From: Bugula neritina
Taxonomy: Eukaryota > Animalia > Bryozoa
Assembly (NCBI GenBank): GCA_964035545.1
Contig: OZ037765.1
Span: forward strand, 13,464,698-13,528,697
Direction: 5' to 3'
DNA: 64,000 nt
Shown: in pieces, positions 28,152 through 40,100 of the stretch
How positions within the stretch are numbered: position 1 is the stretch's first letter
How the letters are laid out: the number at the start of each line of letters is the position of its first letter
Position numbers and translations under genes: made by a program
The notes under the pieces: generated by a model
What the model was told of the DNA's origin: nothing
Databases searched by the model: none
What the model saw: the letters and a program-made list of their open reading frames with translations, nothing else

Positions 28152-31100
28152 ATGAATGATAGCTCCATGGCTATGACAATGGTTAGTAAGACTAAAAGTA
28201 AAAACTAAAAGTAAATCAAAATTTATTTTGGGTTTTTAATTTACTTGCAGTTACTGTAAGTGTAAGTTCAAGTTGTCAGTGTTGCTATTAGATTTAGTAT
28301 TACTATTACTATTGGTTTTATTGTCAGTAATAATACTACTATTAGTATTAGTAATTAGTCATGCAGAAAATACAACTATGGTGCCACAACCAATACAATT
28401 GGAATTAAATTCAATATTAAATAATAAATTAGTTATTACTAATTATATTTTTATAATGCTATTAATTTTACCAATAGTAATACTTATGCTAATAGTAAAT
28501 ATAATAGCTTGTAAGTAATGAAAATATTGATAATTAGTATTATTCTGTAGTGTATGGGTATGTCATTTTCAATTTGCTTTGCTAAATTAGTATTACTATT
28601 ACTATTACTATAACTCTTAGACTTAGTAATACTATAACTAATAGTATTAGAATATAATTTTAATATTTGATATTGGTTTTGAAATATAAATATTACTATT
28701 GTCTACTACTAATGGTGTCATCCCAGATAGACGCTTCCCAGTTAGACGCTAGGCTAAATTTCCCACTTGGAGGCTTCTCAGTTAGACGTTAGTTATATGT
28801 TTTAGTACAATATAATTATATGTATGTTATGTATTTTATGTACAATTTATTTGAATATTATTGAAATATATGTATATTTAAATAAATTTGAATCAGCTGT
28901 TTGCTATTTAGCACATAAATTCCTTTGACATGCATTAACTTATTAATTTTGCATTTTGTTATTTGAAAAAATAATAGTTCAATAAGAAGTATTCATTAAA
29001 GATAATGACTATTCTTAATGTATTCCTGTTTGTTGTCTCACACAAATTTATGAAAATTGGAATAATATTATTCCAGATAATTCATATTAACTATTATTTC
29101 ATGTTTAGCAATCAATGCAGCAACTATAAATTCATATATAGGTATATTACTGTATATATCGCACCAGAACAAAGAATAGCGTCTAAATGGGAAAAGTCCA
29201 AGTGGACAGCGTCTAACTGGGAAGCATCTATCTGGGATGAAACCATACTAATAGACTAACTTTAAGTATTCGTTTAAATTATACTATTAGCAACTTTACT
29301 ATCACCAGCCCTAGGAGTAGGACTGTTACTATACTATTAGTTTTAAGAAGGTTACTATTACCATGTGTTTAGAGCTTTAGTATTTGAAATTAATATTGTG
29401 TTCCATTTACTTGTAAAAGTATTCTATGTATGTGCTGTAGACAACAACCAAGTTGGCCATCACTTTTGGAGTTCTTGCTGTTGGTTCATTAGTTGTGATA
29501 GTTTTAAAAAAACTCATCAACAGGAAACCACCCAAAACTTTGCTTGATCCTAACGTTAAAGTACAATTGAAACTCATTGAAAAAGAGGTAAGGCTTAAAA
29601 ATTAAAGATATTTTCCTCAATATTGTTTCTCATCTATTACATGTTTATTAGGTTTCCTATTGTTACCGGGATTTTTTTGTGATCAATTTTATAACAAAAT
29701 TCATACAATAATTGTTATCTATTTAAAATCATTACTATTGAATAAATTTTTATATAAGGTAATATTTCGATTTGTTTAGTATGTAATTGAATATATATAT
29801 AATCATGAACGGAGTAACACCTAGTTTTAGTTTAATAGAATTTTTGAAGGGGTTGTATGCTTAGCCAAATTTTAAGAATTTAGGTAGACGCATTAGTAAG
29901 CCGAAATAATTTTATCGCAGTAATAAGCTCTTTATATACTGCTCACATTTGCTAACAAAACTTGATAGTTTTTATAGCAATAAAATGCATATCTTTAGGT
30001 GTGGGAAAATCAAGAATGCATCACTATAGTAGTTCACCTGCTAACAAGTAGTTAGAGCACTCATTGCATAGAAGTTATTTGCATAAGATAAATTGAGATG
30101 CTGGTATTTTAGCTTGCCACAACATTTGAAGCAGAAAAACTCAACATTGACAAATCATGTTTTGGTTAATTATCTTGTGTATGCTTTGAGTTGATGTGTG
30201 AATAGACTATGTTGGATGTTTGCTTTGATCTGATATTTAGTTAATGGTTTGCTGTGCACACATATGCATATATTTATTCTCAGTAATTTGTTTTTTGTAA
30301 AGCATGCTTATAATTTTTCTGTTCTGTCTTTAGGAAATCAGTCATGATACAAGAAGATTTAGGTTTGCTCTGCCTTCGCCTAACCACTGCTTTGGTCTGC
30401 CCATTGGTAATATTATTACATAATCTTCAACTGTTTTTTTACCCTTTGATAACGTTAACTCATGGTATTTAGTTTGTTTTTTGTATAGGACAATTCAAAA
30501 TCTAAATAGGATGCTTACAATGTAGGCATTCTCTTGTACTGTCAAAACTTGGAATTTTTGCATTGAAATAATATGTTGATTTGTCAATTATGCTGTCTTA
30601 GTGGGGGTGCCAACATGCAAAAATGGGCGGGTGGAGCACATCAATACTAACCTTTGTTGCTATATATCACTGCAAAGCCAACATTCTACTGATCTCAGAT
30701 CTGCAAGTACCTTTTTTGTATCTGGGGGGGTTCTCTCGTGAGAGGGGTGGATATACAGGGGTTTAGCATTTTTCAAGGGGGGACTATGGAACTCTAAATA
30801 TTTAATTTTCTGAGTAGTTTAAGTTTGACATTAAAAATATTTTCAAGGAATGTTGTACACATATGAAACTTTCTCTAACAAAAGTTTTGACCGAAAATAA
30901 AAAAGTGGGCGGAGCCTATAATATGACAAACTACTTTTTTGCATATACCGGATATTCTCTAAACTGCTACTTTTCTGTTCTAGCATTTAGAATGTTGATT
31001 TTTGGTATGAAAATACTCTATTGTGTTCTAATAATGCTCTCCGGTTTTCATTACATTCTGAACTATATAACATATTTCCCAACCATGACAAATAAAAAAC

Positions 31101-34100
31101 ATAAAACGGGAGTTATCTCCTCCGTTAAAAATTATTGCATTTCTACCCAATAATATTGCTCTTTGTTGATAGGAACAACATCAGCATGATAAAAATGTAT
31201 TCTTAGTGTATTTATATTAGCTTATTGACTTATTTTGAATAATTGATTACGATCAATACTATTAAGTATTAATATTCAATATTTACTGTATAAATTGAGT
31301 GTCAGCAATAATTAACAGACCACTAATATTCGATTTTTTTATCCATAAGTATAGTAACATAAAATATGGTTCATAAAAAAGTAATATTATGATTTCAGCA
31401 TCACAAGCAATTACTATGCTCTTTTATATCAGATATTGGTAGACATTTGTAATTGTATTTATTTATAAATAAGATAGTATTTAAAATTTTAATTTACAAT
31501 AGATCAAGCTTTATTACAAAGTTTTGTTATCTCTAGCGTTTATATACCAAATTAAATATATTATAATTCTTCATCAGAACTGCATTTGTTGCCATCATCA
31601 TCATAATCAGGCTCTTTGTTTGAAAAAGAAGACTGGCCACTTTTGTTGTTGCAATCGAAACATTCACATAAACCACAGCATTTCATCATCAGGCGCTTGC
31701 ATTTGCATGCTTTACTCTTACAGCCTGCTTTTTTGCATTTACATGCTGTTAAAATCACATCTGCGTTGCTTTCAAAATCATATTTTATTGGAGTCAAGTT
31801 AGTATCCCAACCATGGTCAAAAATTGGCTGGTGAAGTAAAATAGGTGTAAAAGCAAGTTGCCAAAGTATAACTTGATAATTGGCTCGTTTCACGTGATAT
31901 TCTAGGGAATTCCTACTAGGTGGTAGCTGTGCTTCACTGGAGACATTTTTTAAAGCCAATATTTTATATCTTGCTTCAGTGATATCATCATAGGCACCAT
32001 ATAGGTTGGAGACAAATCATTCACACTCTAAGTATGTTTCTTCTGATACTGGGGACCAATCATTAGAACCTAAAGACAGATTATAGCTTTCCTTTTCAAG
32101 TACCTCCAAAGCACGCTTTTTAGATATTCGGAAGATAAAACTTACTGAGTCACAACCTGTAAGTGCATGGAGTGATAATAGATTCTTGAGAACTTTTTGT
32201 AGATTTTTTTGGCTGATTCAAAAAGAGATATATATCTTCTGTGACTCCCCATTCCAACGAAGATTACTACATCTTTATTAGCCTGCTCAGTTAAAACATT
32301 ACTAAGATGATGTTAAGCGCAATAATAGCAACATCGGTATCTACTGATCTTATTACTACCAAATCGTAATCACTCAGTGCATCAGCTGCATGAAGGATTA
32401 ATCTCGTGTCTGCTTCATCATGATTGGATTTCAATTTGTTACAATTTTAACGATAATGGTTTTGCAGAACACAGACTTCTTTGGCGCTACACACTAAAGA
32501 TGTACCAGCTGGAATTTTCTCAATATGTCTACTCCATGCACCTTCACTATGTAATCTACCAACTCATTTTTGTTGTGAATATTGCTCAGAAAAGCACTCC
32601 AGTTTTTAGGAACAGGCAGGTTGTTATGAATAATGGAAATAGATCACATCTATTGGGCACCCCGTCTAATACGCTCTTGTGCTTTAATTGATGTTTCAGA
32701 ATACACGTCAAACACTACATCAACCCTTGTATATCCTTTGCCACATTCAAGAAATATTTCCAACATCTTCAGAGCATAGCTATAAAAAGTGCCTGATGTT
32801 TTTGTCGAGTGAAGTATGCACATACCATCAATAATGATCGATTTGTTGGTGGACAGTTGACTATCATCATTGGAGACCCTGTTTCCAAGATATTTCTGTT
32901 CCAAAATATGCATTAGTTGCAATTTGCATGTTTTTCTCATCTGTCTGTTTTCAGTAAATAGAGCAAGAGGAATGGGTCCAATTTCTTTCTCTAGAACTGT
33001 ATGCAAATCTTTGGCACTTTTGGCACTTATGAGAAGTTTAGCAAATGATATTTTAGGAACATTTGGTTTAATGGCCGGTTGAAGTGATTTAGCCACAAAG
33101 TCAAAGGAAGGGATTTTAAGCCGGTGAATAGCAGTGTAAAATGGTTTTATTGTATTCAAAAGTCTATCTTGAAAAAACTTTTGAGCCATTTCTCCTCCCT
33201 GAGCCATAGCAGTCATTATTGACAAGAAGGTCTTCGCATCGGGACTTACTCCAGTAGCAATATTAATCAGTTCAGTTGAAGTATTGCTAAACAACTTAAC
33301 ATCAAACTGCTGCAATGTAAAAAGAATTGCTTGTGTATCAATCTCATCCGTCATAGTTGTAATGATTGTGTCTTCCTTGTGTAGTGTTGATGACTGTGAG
33401 GCTATTTGGCAAAAATCCTTTTGCAAAGAAAGCAGTTGGGCTCTGATATGACTAGTTAAGAACCATTTTGTCCGAGCTTCTTCATGGTTGCTAATGCCAA
33501 TAATGCCTCCAGATGTTTTACTGCCTCGATTCAAAGTTTGCTCCAAGACCTGATCTGGAGCCCCATACCTGCAATTTTTTTTCCTGTCCTGTTTACGGTG
33601 AATGAACCCTTTGCAAACATTCCATAAACTTCTGGAGTAGATTCAGGCAAATTTAGCATATCAATAAGGTATATAGGCAGCCACCTTAAGTAGTTTGTGC
33701 GATCATACGCAAAAAAATACTGGTAACATTGCCTGCATACTGTCCAAATAAAATTGCCAGTTGCCAGTACGCTCAGCTCAAATAAATCCCAACATGGCTT
33801 CTACTGCATGAAGGTAGGAATTCCAGAACATTGAAAGGTTAGATTTTAATTTAGTATCAGAATCAAACTTTTTTATAGCAGTAGCAACTTTATCTGCAAC
33901 AGTGGTCCATTCACGCAAGTTATCATCAATAGAAATACGTATGATGAGACTCTAATGGGTCAAACTGATCATTTTATTGAAGCCATTCCGAAAGAGATTT
34001 TAGTTTCTGCCTTGATATTGCCTCATACAAAATCTTGTGTGCCCGTACACTTCTGTTATAATGCTTACCACATAGCACCTGTTTCACTGTAACTTCAGAA

Positions 34101-37100
34101 TATATATCACTGTGTACAAGAACTTGGGCTAGGCCGCTTGATTTTACCATTTTGCCAAGTGCTGCCATGTAATTCATCAAGATATGAAAACCGCCCATTC
34201 GAATTATTGTGTTTGAAAATTCAGTTGGTTTGTTCCATTGAATCTCTTTGGCAATCTTGTAGATAGCTTGGTCAAATGTAATTACTGAATGTTTCTGATT
34301 TAAAACTTTCATAGTTTTTTTTAGCTGCAGAAGGATTGTATAAATTGTTGATGGATCTGTTGATGGTGCATTAATCATTGGGCAATACCCAATGACTGAT
34401 CTTTTATTATCTTCTGTGGCAACCAAATTTCTTACATTAAAGCTACTCCAGCTGGGGCAGTTATGTGTAGAAGGACTTATATCCAATTGAAATAGTTTGA
34501 TTGGGGCAAGTCTTGCCAATAGCCATGCTGTATTTAGATTACATGAATCCTCAAGTGACTTTTTCATATTCAGCAATGTCTCTTGACTAAGTTTTGTGAT
34601 AAAATATGATTTTGAAAGCAACGCAGATGTGATTTTAACAGCATGTAAATGCAAAAAAGCAGGCTGTAAGAGTAAAGCATGCAAATGCAAGCGCCTGATG
34701 ATGAAATGCTGTGGTTTATGTGAATGTTTCGATTGCAACAACAAAAGTGGCCAGTCTTCTTTTTCAAACAAAGAGCCTGATTATGATGATGATGGCAACA
34801 AACGCAGTTCTGATGAAGAATTATAATATATTTAATTTGGTATATAAACGCTAGAGATAACAAAACTTTGTAATAAAGCTTGATCTATTGTAAATTAAAA
34901 TTTTAAATACTATCTTATTTATAAATAAATACAATTACAAATGTCTACCAATATCTGATATAAAAGAGCATAGTAATTGCTTGTGATGCTGAAATCATAA
35001 TATTACTTATACAGTAAATATTGAATATTAATACTTAATAGTATTGATCGTAATCAATTATTCAAAATAAGTCAATAAGCTAATATAAATACACTAAGAA
35101 TACATTTTTATCATGCTGATGTTGTTCCTATCAACAAAGAGCAATATTATTGGGTAGAAATGCAATAATTTTTAACGGAGGAGATAACTCCCGTTTTATG
35201 TTTTTTATTTGTCATGGTTGGGAAATATGTTATATAGTTCAGAATGTAATGAAAACCGGAGAGCATTATTAGAACACAATAGAGTATTTTCATACCAAAA
35301 ATCAACATTCTAAATGCTAGAACAGAAAAGTAGCAGTTTAGAGAATATCCGGTATATGCAAAAAAGTAGTTTGTCATATTATAGGCTCCGCCCACTTTTT
35401 TATTTTCGGTCAAAACTTTTGTTAGAGAAAGTTTCATATGTGTACAACATTCCTTGAAAATATTTTTAATGTCAAACTTAAACTACTCAGAAAATTAAAT
35501 ATTTAGAGTTCCATAGTCCCCCCTTGAAAAATGCTGAACCCCTGTATATCCACCCCTCTCACGAGAGAACCCCCCCAGATACAAAAAAGGTACTTGCAGA
35601 TCTGAGATCAGTAGAATGTTGGCTTTGCAGTGATATATAGCAACAAAGGTTAGTATTGATGTGCTCCACCCGCCCATTTTTGCATGTTGGCACCCCCACT
35701 ATCTGTGTCTAATGATGGATAAATGTTTATGGAACTTTAGGCACTCATATATATATGAGCTCACTGGTTGGCAACAAGCTCGTAGTGAGACCCTATACTC
35801 CAGTTTCTAGTGATGATGATTTAGGCTATGTGGACTTTATCATTAAGGTAAACGGACACCAACATTCGACAATAATATATAATATTTTCCAAGGCGTAGA
35901 GTACAATGATTCTTTAGTACCTTTATTTACCTAAATTTCAAATAAAACTCCGAAGTCAACAATCATCTGATCATTGCATAAATATGTTCATTACTGATAT
36001 AGGTAATGTTAATTTAAAATACCAAAGTTCATTACTGAAATGTATCATTACTAATATCAATATATAGAGTAGTGCAATCTCTGAAATACTGTGTTGTGAA
36101 ATAAATAGTCAATAGTATTGTGTCTGTTAGTTACCTATAAAGTTTTATATGTTCACATTTTACATATGTAAAGGTTGAATCAAATTACTCAGAAAAAATT
36201 ATTTGAAAATCCTTTTCTTTGCTAGCAATATTTTTTCAGCCTATGTGGTGGATAAGTAGATATCAGCTGTACATCTCGTGACATATCTCCTTTTCACTCA
36301 CTCAGCGAGTCACAGATATTGAATGTAAAGTTATTGTTCGTAGTCCAATGGCATATTTTCAATTGTTTATATGCTGTAGGTTTACTTCAAAAATGTTCAC
36401 CCTAAATTTCCCGAAGGTGGGAAAATGTCCCAGTATTTGAATGACATGGCTATAGGAGACTTCATGGACATGAGGGGTCCCAGTGGACTCTGCACATATG
36501 AGGGTAAAGGGCTGTTTGCAATCAAGCCTGACAAGAAAAGCCAGCCAGCTATGAGACAAGTGAAGAAAGTGGGAATGATTGCTGGGGGAACTGGTAAGTT
36601 TCCAGCTTATAAAATATTATATATGTTGTATGTTATGTTAGTTACTGCTGACAGCAAAGACTGCACAATTCAGTTTAGTAGCAATTATATATGTGTTTAC
36701 ACGGCCATGTTGTTTCATGTGGTGTGTGAGAGATAAGAACTAACCCCTGGAGTTCTGTTCAGGTATGTATAACATGAGATGCTTCACTAAAGTACTGCCA
36801 AAAAATTTTGTATGGGTTAATAGTCGCCATCCCTATGAGGACCCCTGATGTAAAGGGTTTTTGTAAGCAGGCTAAGGATGTTTTCACTATTGCGGCAAAG
36901 GTTCAATCGTAACTGAATGCCCTTCCTAACGTCAACAATGGCCTTTACTGGGGATCGAACCATTGACTTAATGTTTACTAGCTCGGTGCTTTAACCCCTA
37001 GACAACGGCTGCTCCCCAAACTAGTCCCTAAATAGACCATGTAAAACTCAGCCAATCAGCGAAGTGTACCAGGTCAATGTCTTACCATTGTAACTGATAT

Positions 37101-40100
37101 ATAATTCTGCAAGTTCAATTGCAAAATGCATGCTTCTAGAAGCTAGTTGTGCAACTTTTTTTTCATGCATTATTTAATTTAAAATCTTAAATTGATGACT
37201 CTTGAAATGATTTTTTAAAATGTCTAAATTAAGGGTTTATAAAATGCTATTAAAAATTGCATGTCTAGAAAAATGACCTGGTACACTTTTGCAACTTAAG
37301 GCCAATTATTACATAACTGCCAGCTTAGTAGTTATTTGTTGTTGCAGCTTGAATGGGTTATTGTTTAGCATTGGAAGCTTGCAGTAAACATCTGTGAATT
37401 TGGTACATGACTTTGATTGGCTGGTTTTTGAATGGCCCTTTAGTATATGCATCTGGATGGCTGGTTAGTGTAGACTCCGCCTACATCTAGCTAATGTACA
37501 GTAGCCAATCCACAGTAGTGTTACAAAATTTCTGTTTAACAAATGAAATATTCTGGTCATTTGTTTTGTACTTTACAATAGTAAATATTCTATTCAACTA
37601 GAATTTTATTGTATGTAAGCCATGGGAACTACCAAGAGGTTAAATCAACCACCCATGCTAGTAATATTGTAGCTCACAGTAATAGCAAGTCCACACCATA
37701 TAAATATACACATAAGCTATTATGTGCAGCTTATGAATGCTGAAATGACCCCATTTCTTACCTTCAATTTGAAAAAAATTGTATTACATATTCTGCCACT
37801 TCTGCACCAGGAACTTGTTTTCCTTTCAAATTTTGAAAATAGTAGGCAGTTTCTGCAGCAGTCAACTGCATCCACAATAAACAACGTAAGCTTTCAAATA
37901 AACTATAAATATATGAAATAGTAATGTGGAAACAATGTAATTTATTTATTGCTATGATGAAAAATTACAAGAATATTATATAAAAGCTAGATATAAATTT
38001 CTAGTGAAATGGCACAGGTAAAAAATAACACATTTTTACTTCAAATTCTAAATTTCATCAGTCACCAATAGTGGCTGTAGATTACAGAGAGCACAGCAAA
38101 CTATCATAATCTTGTCTAATAGAGGTGCCAACACCAAGTTCACACCTCCAGGACCATTTGAAATATTGAACTCCTTTATTCTTTTGATTGCTCTTTCCAC
38201 ATGGATTCGAAGGTTAGCAATCAACTTTGTTTGCAGTAACTGCATTTTAGTCATTTGCAAATGGCCTCTTTTCCCAGGTGGTATGGCTAACTTAGCTCCA
38301 GCGCCTATAAGTTCTTTTTCAATAAGAAAGCCTCTATCTGCCATAACCACATCACCTGGGTTTATGAAGTCTAAGAACCCAGAGTCATTCACTACACACT
38401 TGTCTGAGGCTCTACCTCCCATTCCATGCGAAATAAAGCAGATAGTGCCCCTGGGTGTAATTGCAACCAAATAATTGATGGTTTTGGTCTTTTTATACTC
38501 ACTCCATGTTAAAGATTGAGCCAGCTTTGATTGAGGCTTGCAAATGAATATTTCTGTGCAGTCTATAATGCACCCAATGTTAGCATATTGGCTTTGAAAG
38601 CTCAGAGGGATGTTCAGCTTTTCTCTTGTTGGAAAAACTATTAGATTGTTTAGTTCTCTTGCTAAAATATCTAATGTGTCTTTGAAGGTTTTGCCTGCTA
38701 GCAATCTAGAGATATAAAAAAGGCCAGCAAGCAATTGAAACTGTAAACCTTGACGCAGCTTCATCAAAGCCAATAAAAGTTTATCTTGTCCTGTCAACTT
38801 TTTTCTGAGAGTGAGAACTTTCATCTTCGGACATATAAATCTAAATATAGTAAACAAAGAATGAAAATTAAATTATGATTCAAATTATAATGTATGTGCT
38901 AAATAAATTTTGTGCTTAGTTTGTATTCATTCAGCAGTTTATACCCTCTGGTAAGTAGCTTCAGTTATATTTTGCAAGAACTATGAAGTTCAAGAACTGC
39001 TAGTTAAAGGCTTGACCCAATATATCACCATCCAAACAGAATGTAATATGTGTCAACGTGTGTTATGTAATATTGTAACAGTACATAATAAGCTAGCTGT
39101 CTGAGTACATGCTTTGAATAGAGTCATGAGTTTAAACAAATACTGTTGACAAACAATTATTACTTCATTTTATAATTATACTATAACTAATTCAAACCCA
39201 TATTATTTCTAGAATAGCATTTAATAATGTTTGTGAATAAGTGAAACTAGTAACAAGTGTAAACCATTTTAGATTTAAACACTGAGTTAGTTTCAGCTAA
39301 AAATTAGATTAGGAGGCCACTTTTGATAAGCTTTAAAATAACCAAGGAAAATTTAAGTCAAAACAATTTACTTTTCCTGGAGAAAGTGAGTCAATTTTTC
39401 CACAAATAAAAGACTGCTGCTTGTTTAATAAAAACCCTAAACTAAATAAGTCAAAGCATACAGATGACCACTGTGGTATTTATGAATATCTTACATAAAA
39501 CAACATCTTTAATAAAAAATGTATGAATGATGCACTCACACTGCAACAAATTTAAATAAAATGACAGTTTTACTACACATCAAATTTAATAAATGTACAA
39601 ATTTTTTAGCATAGTGAGACTTGCATTGTTTATTTGTAATAAACCATAGTCTATCTTTGCAATAAGAAAATCATAATTTTTACCTTGCTAAAAAACAGTA
39701 TAGAGAACGTGTAGGTATTCCAGTATAGAATTTAGTTCGCTCATCTGTAGTGGTGAAAGTTTTAAAAACTTTTACTTTTTCAATAGTTGCTTTTTGTTTA
39801 AACGTGGAACTTTTTGAGCCTTTTCTTCCAACTTGTGATTTTCGTCTATCAATAGAATGTGCAGATCTTTTTTTCTGAGTAGTTGATGATTCTGGTAACT
39901 CAGTTACTTCTGATGAAGTCTGACTATGAGGATGGCTGCCAGATGAGTTCTGTTGCTCTATATCAGCTGACTCTGTTGAAGACGTTTTCTGTTCGATTCC
40001 TTCACATGTTTCATTAAAACCACTGTTTTTTTGTGTGTCTTACATTATATGCTTTAGTGCGTTGGTAACCCAAATGAAGGGTTGGAGTTGGATTTTGCTC

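Noticed and set aside
26777-28518. Ile/Leu-rich ORFs 26777-26974 and 28273-28518
   Set aside because: Translations of low-complexity AT-rich tracts.
30863-31153. Paired identical ORFs (30863/35147, 43527/46886, 43942/46525)
   Set aside because: Chance ORFs in the non-coding arms, duplicated by the inverted repeats; no motifs.
34599-34771. N-terminal part of ORF 33974-34771 as a real protein start
   Set aside because: It is the antisense reading of the duplicated Cys-finger arm, fused in frame by chance at the junction.
30599-35701. Reading this element as Tc1/mariner-like with a TA TSD
   Set aside because: Including TA in the TIR reveals a 3-bp TCT duplication, and the protein has the Academ transposase/XPG/Cys-finger layout.
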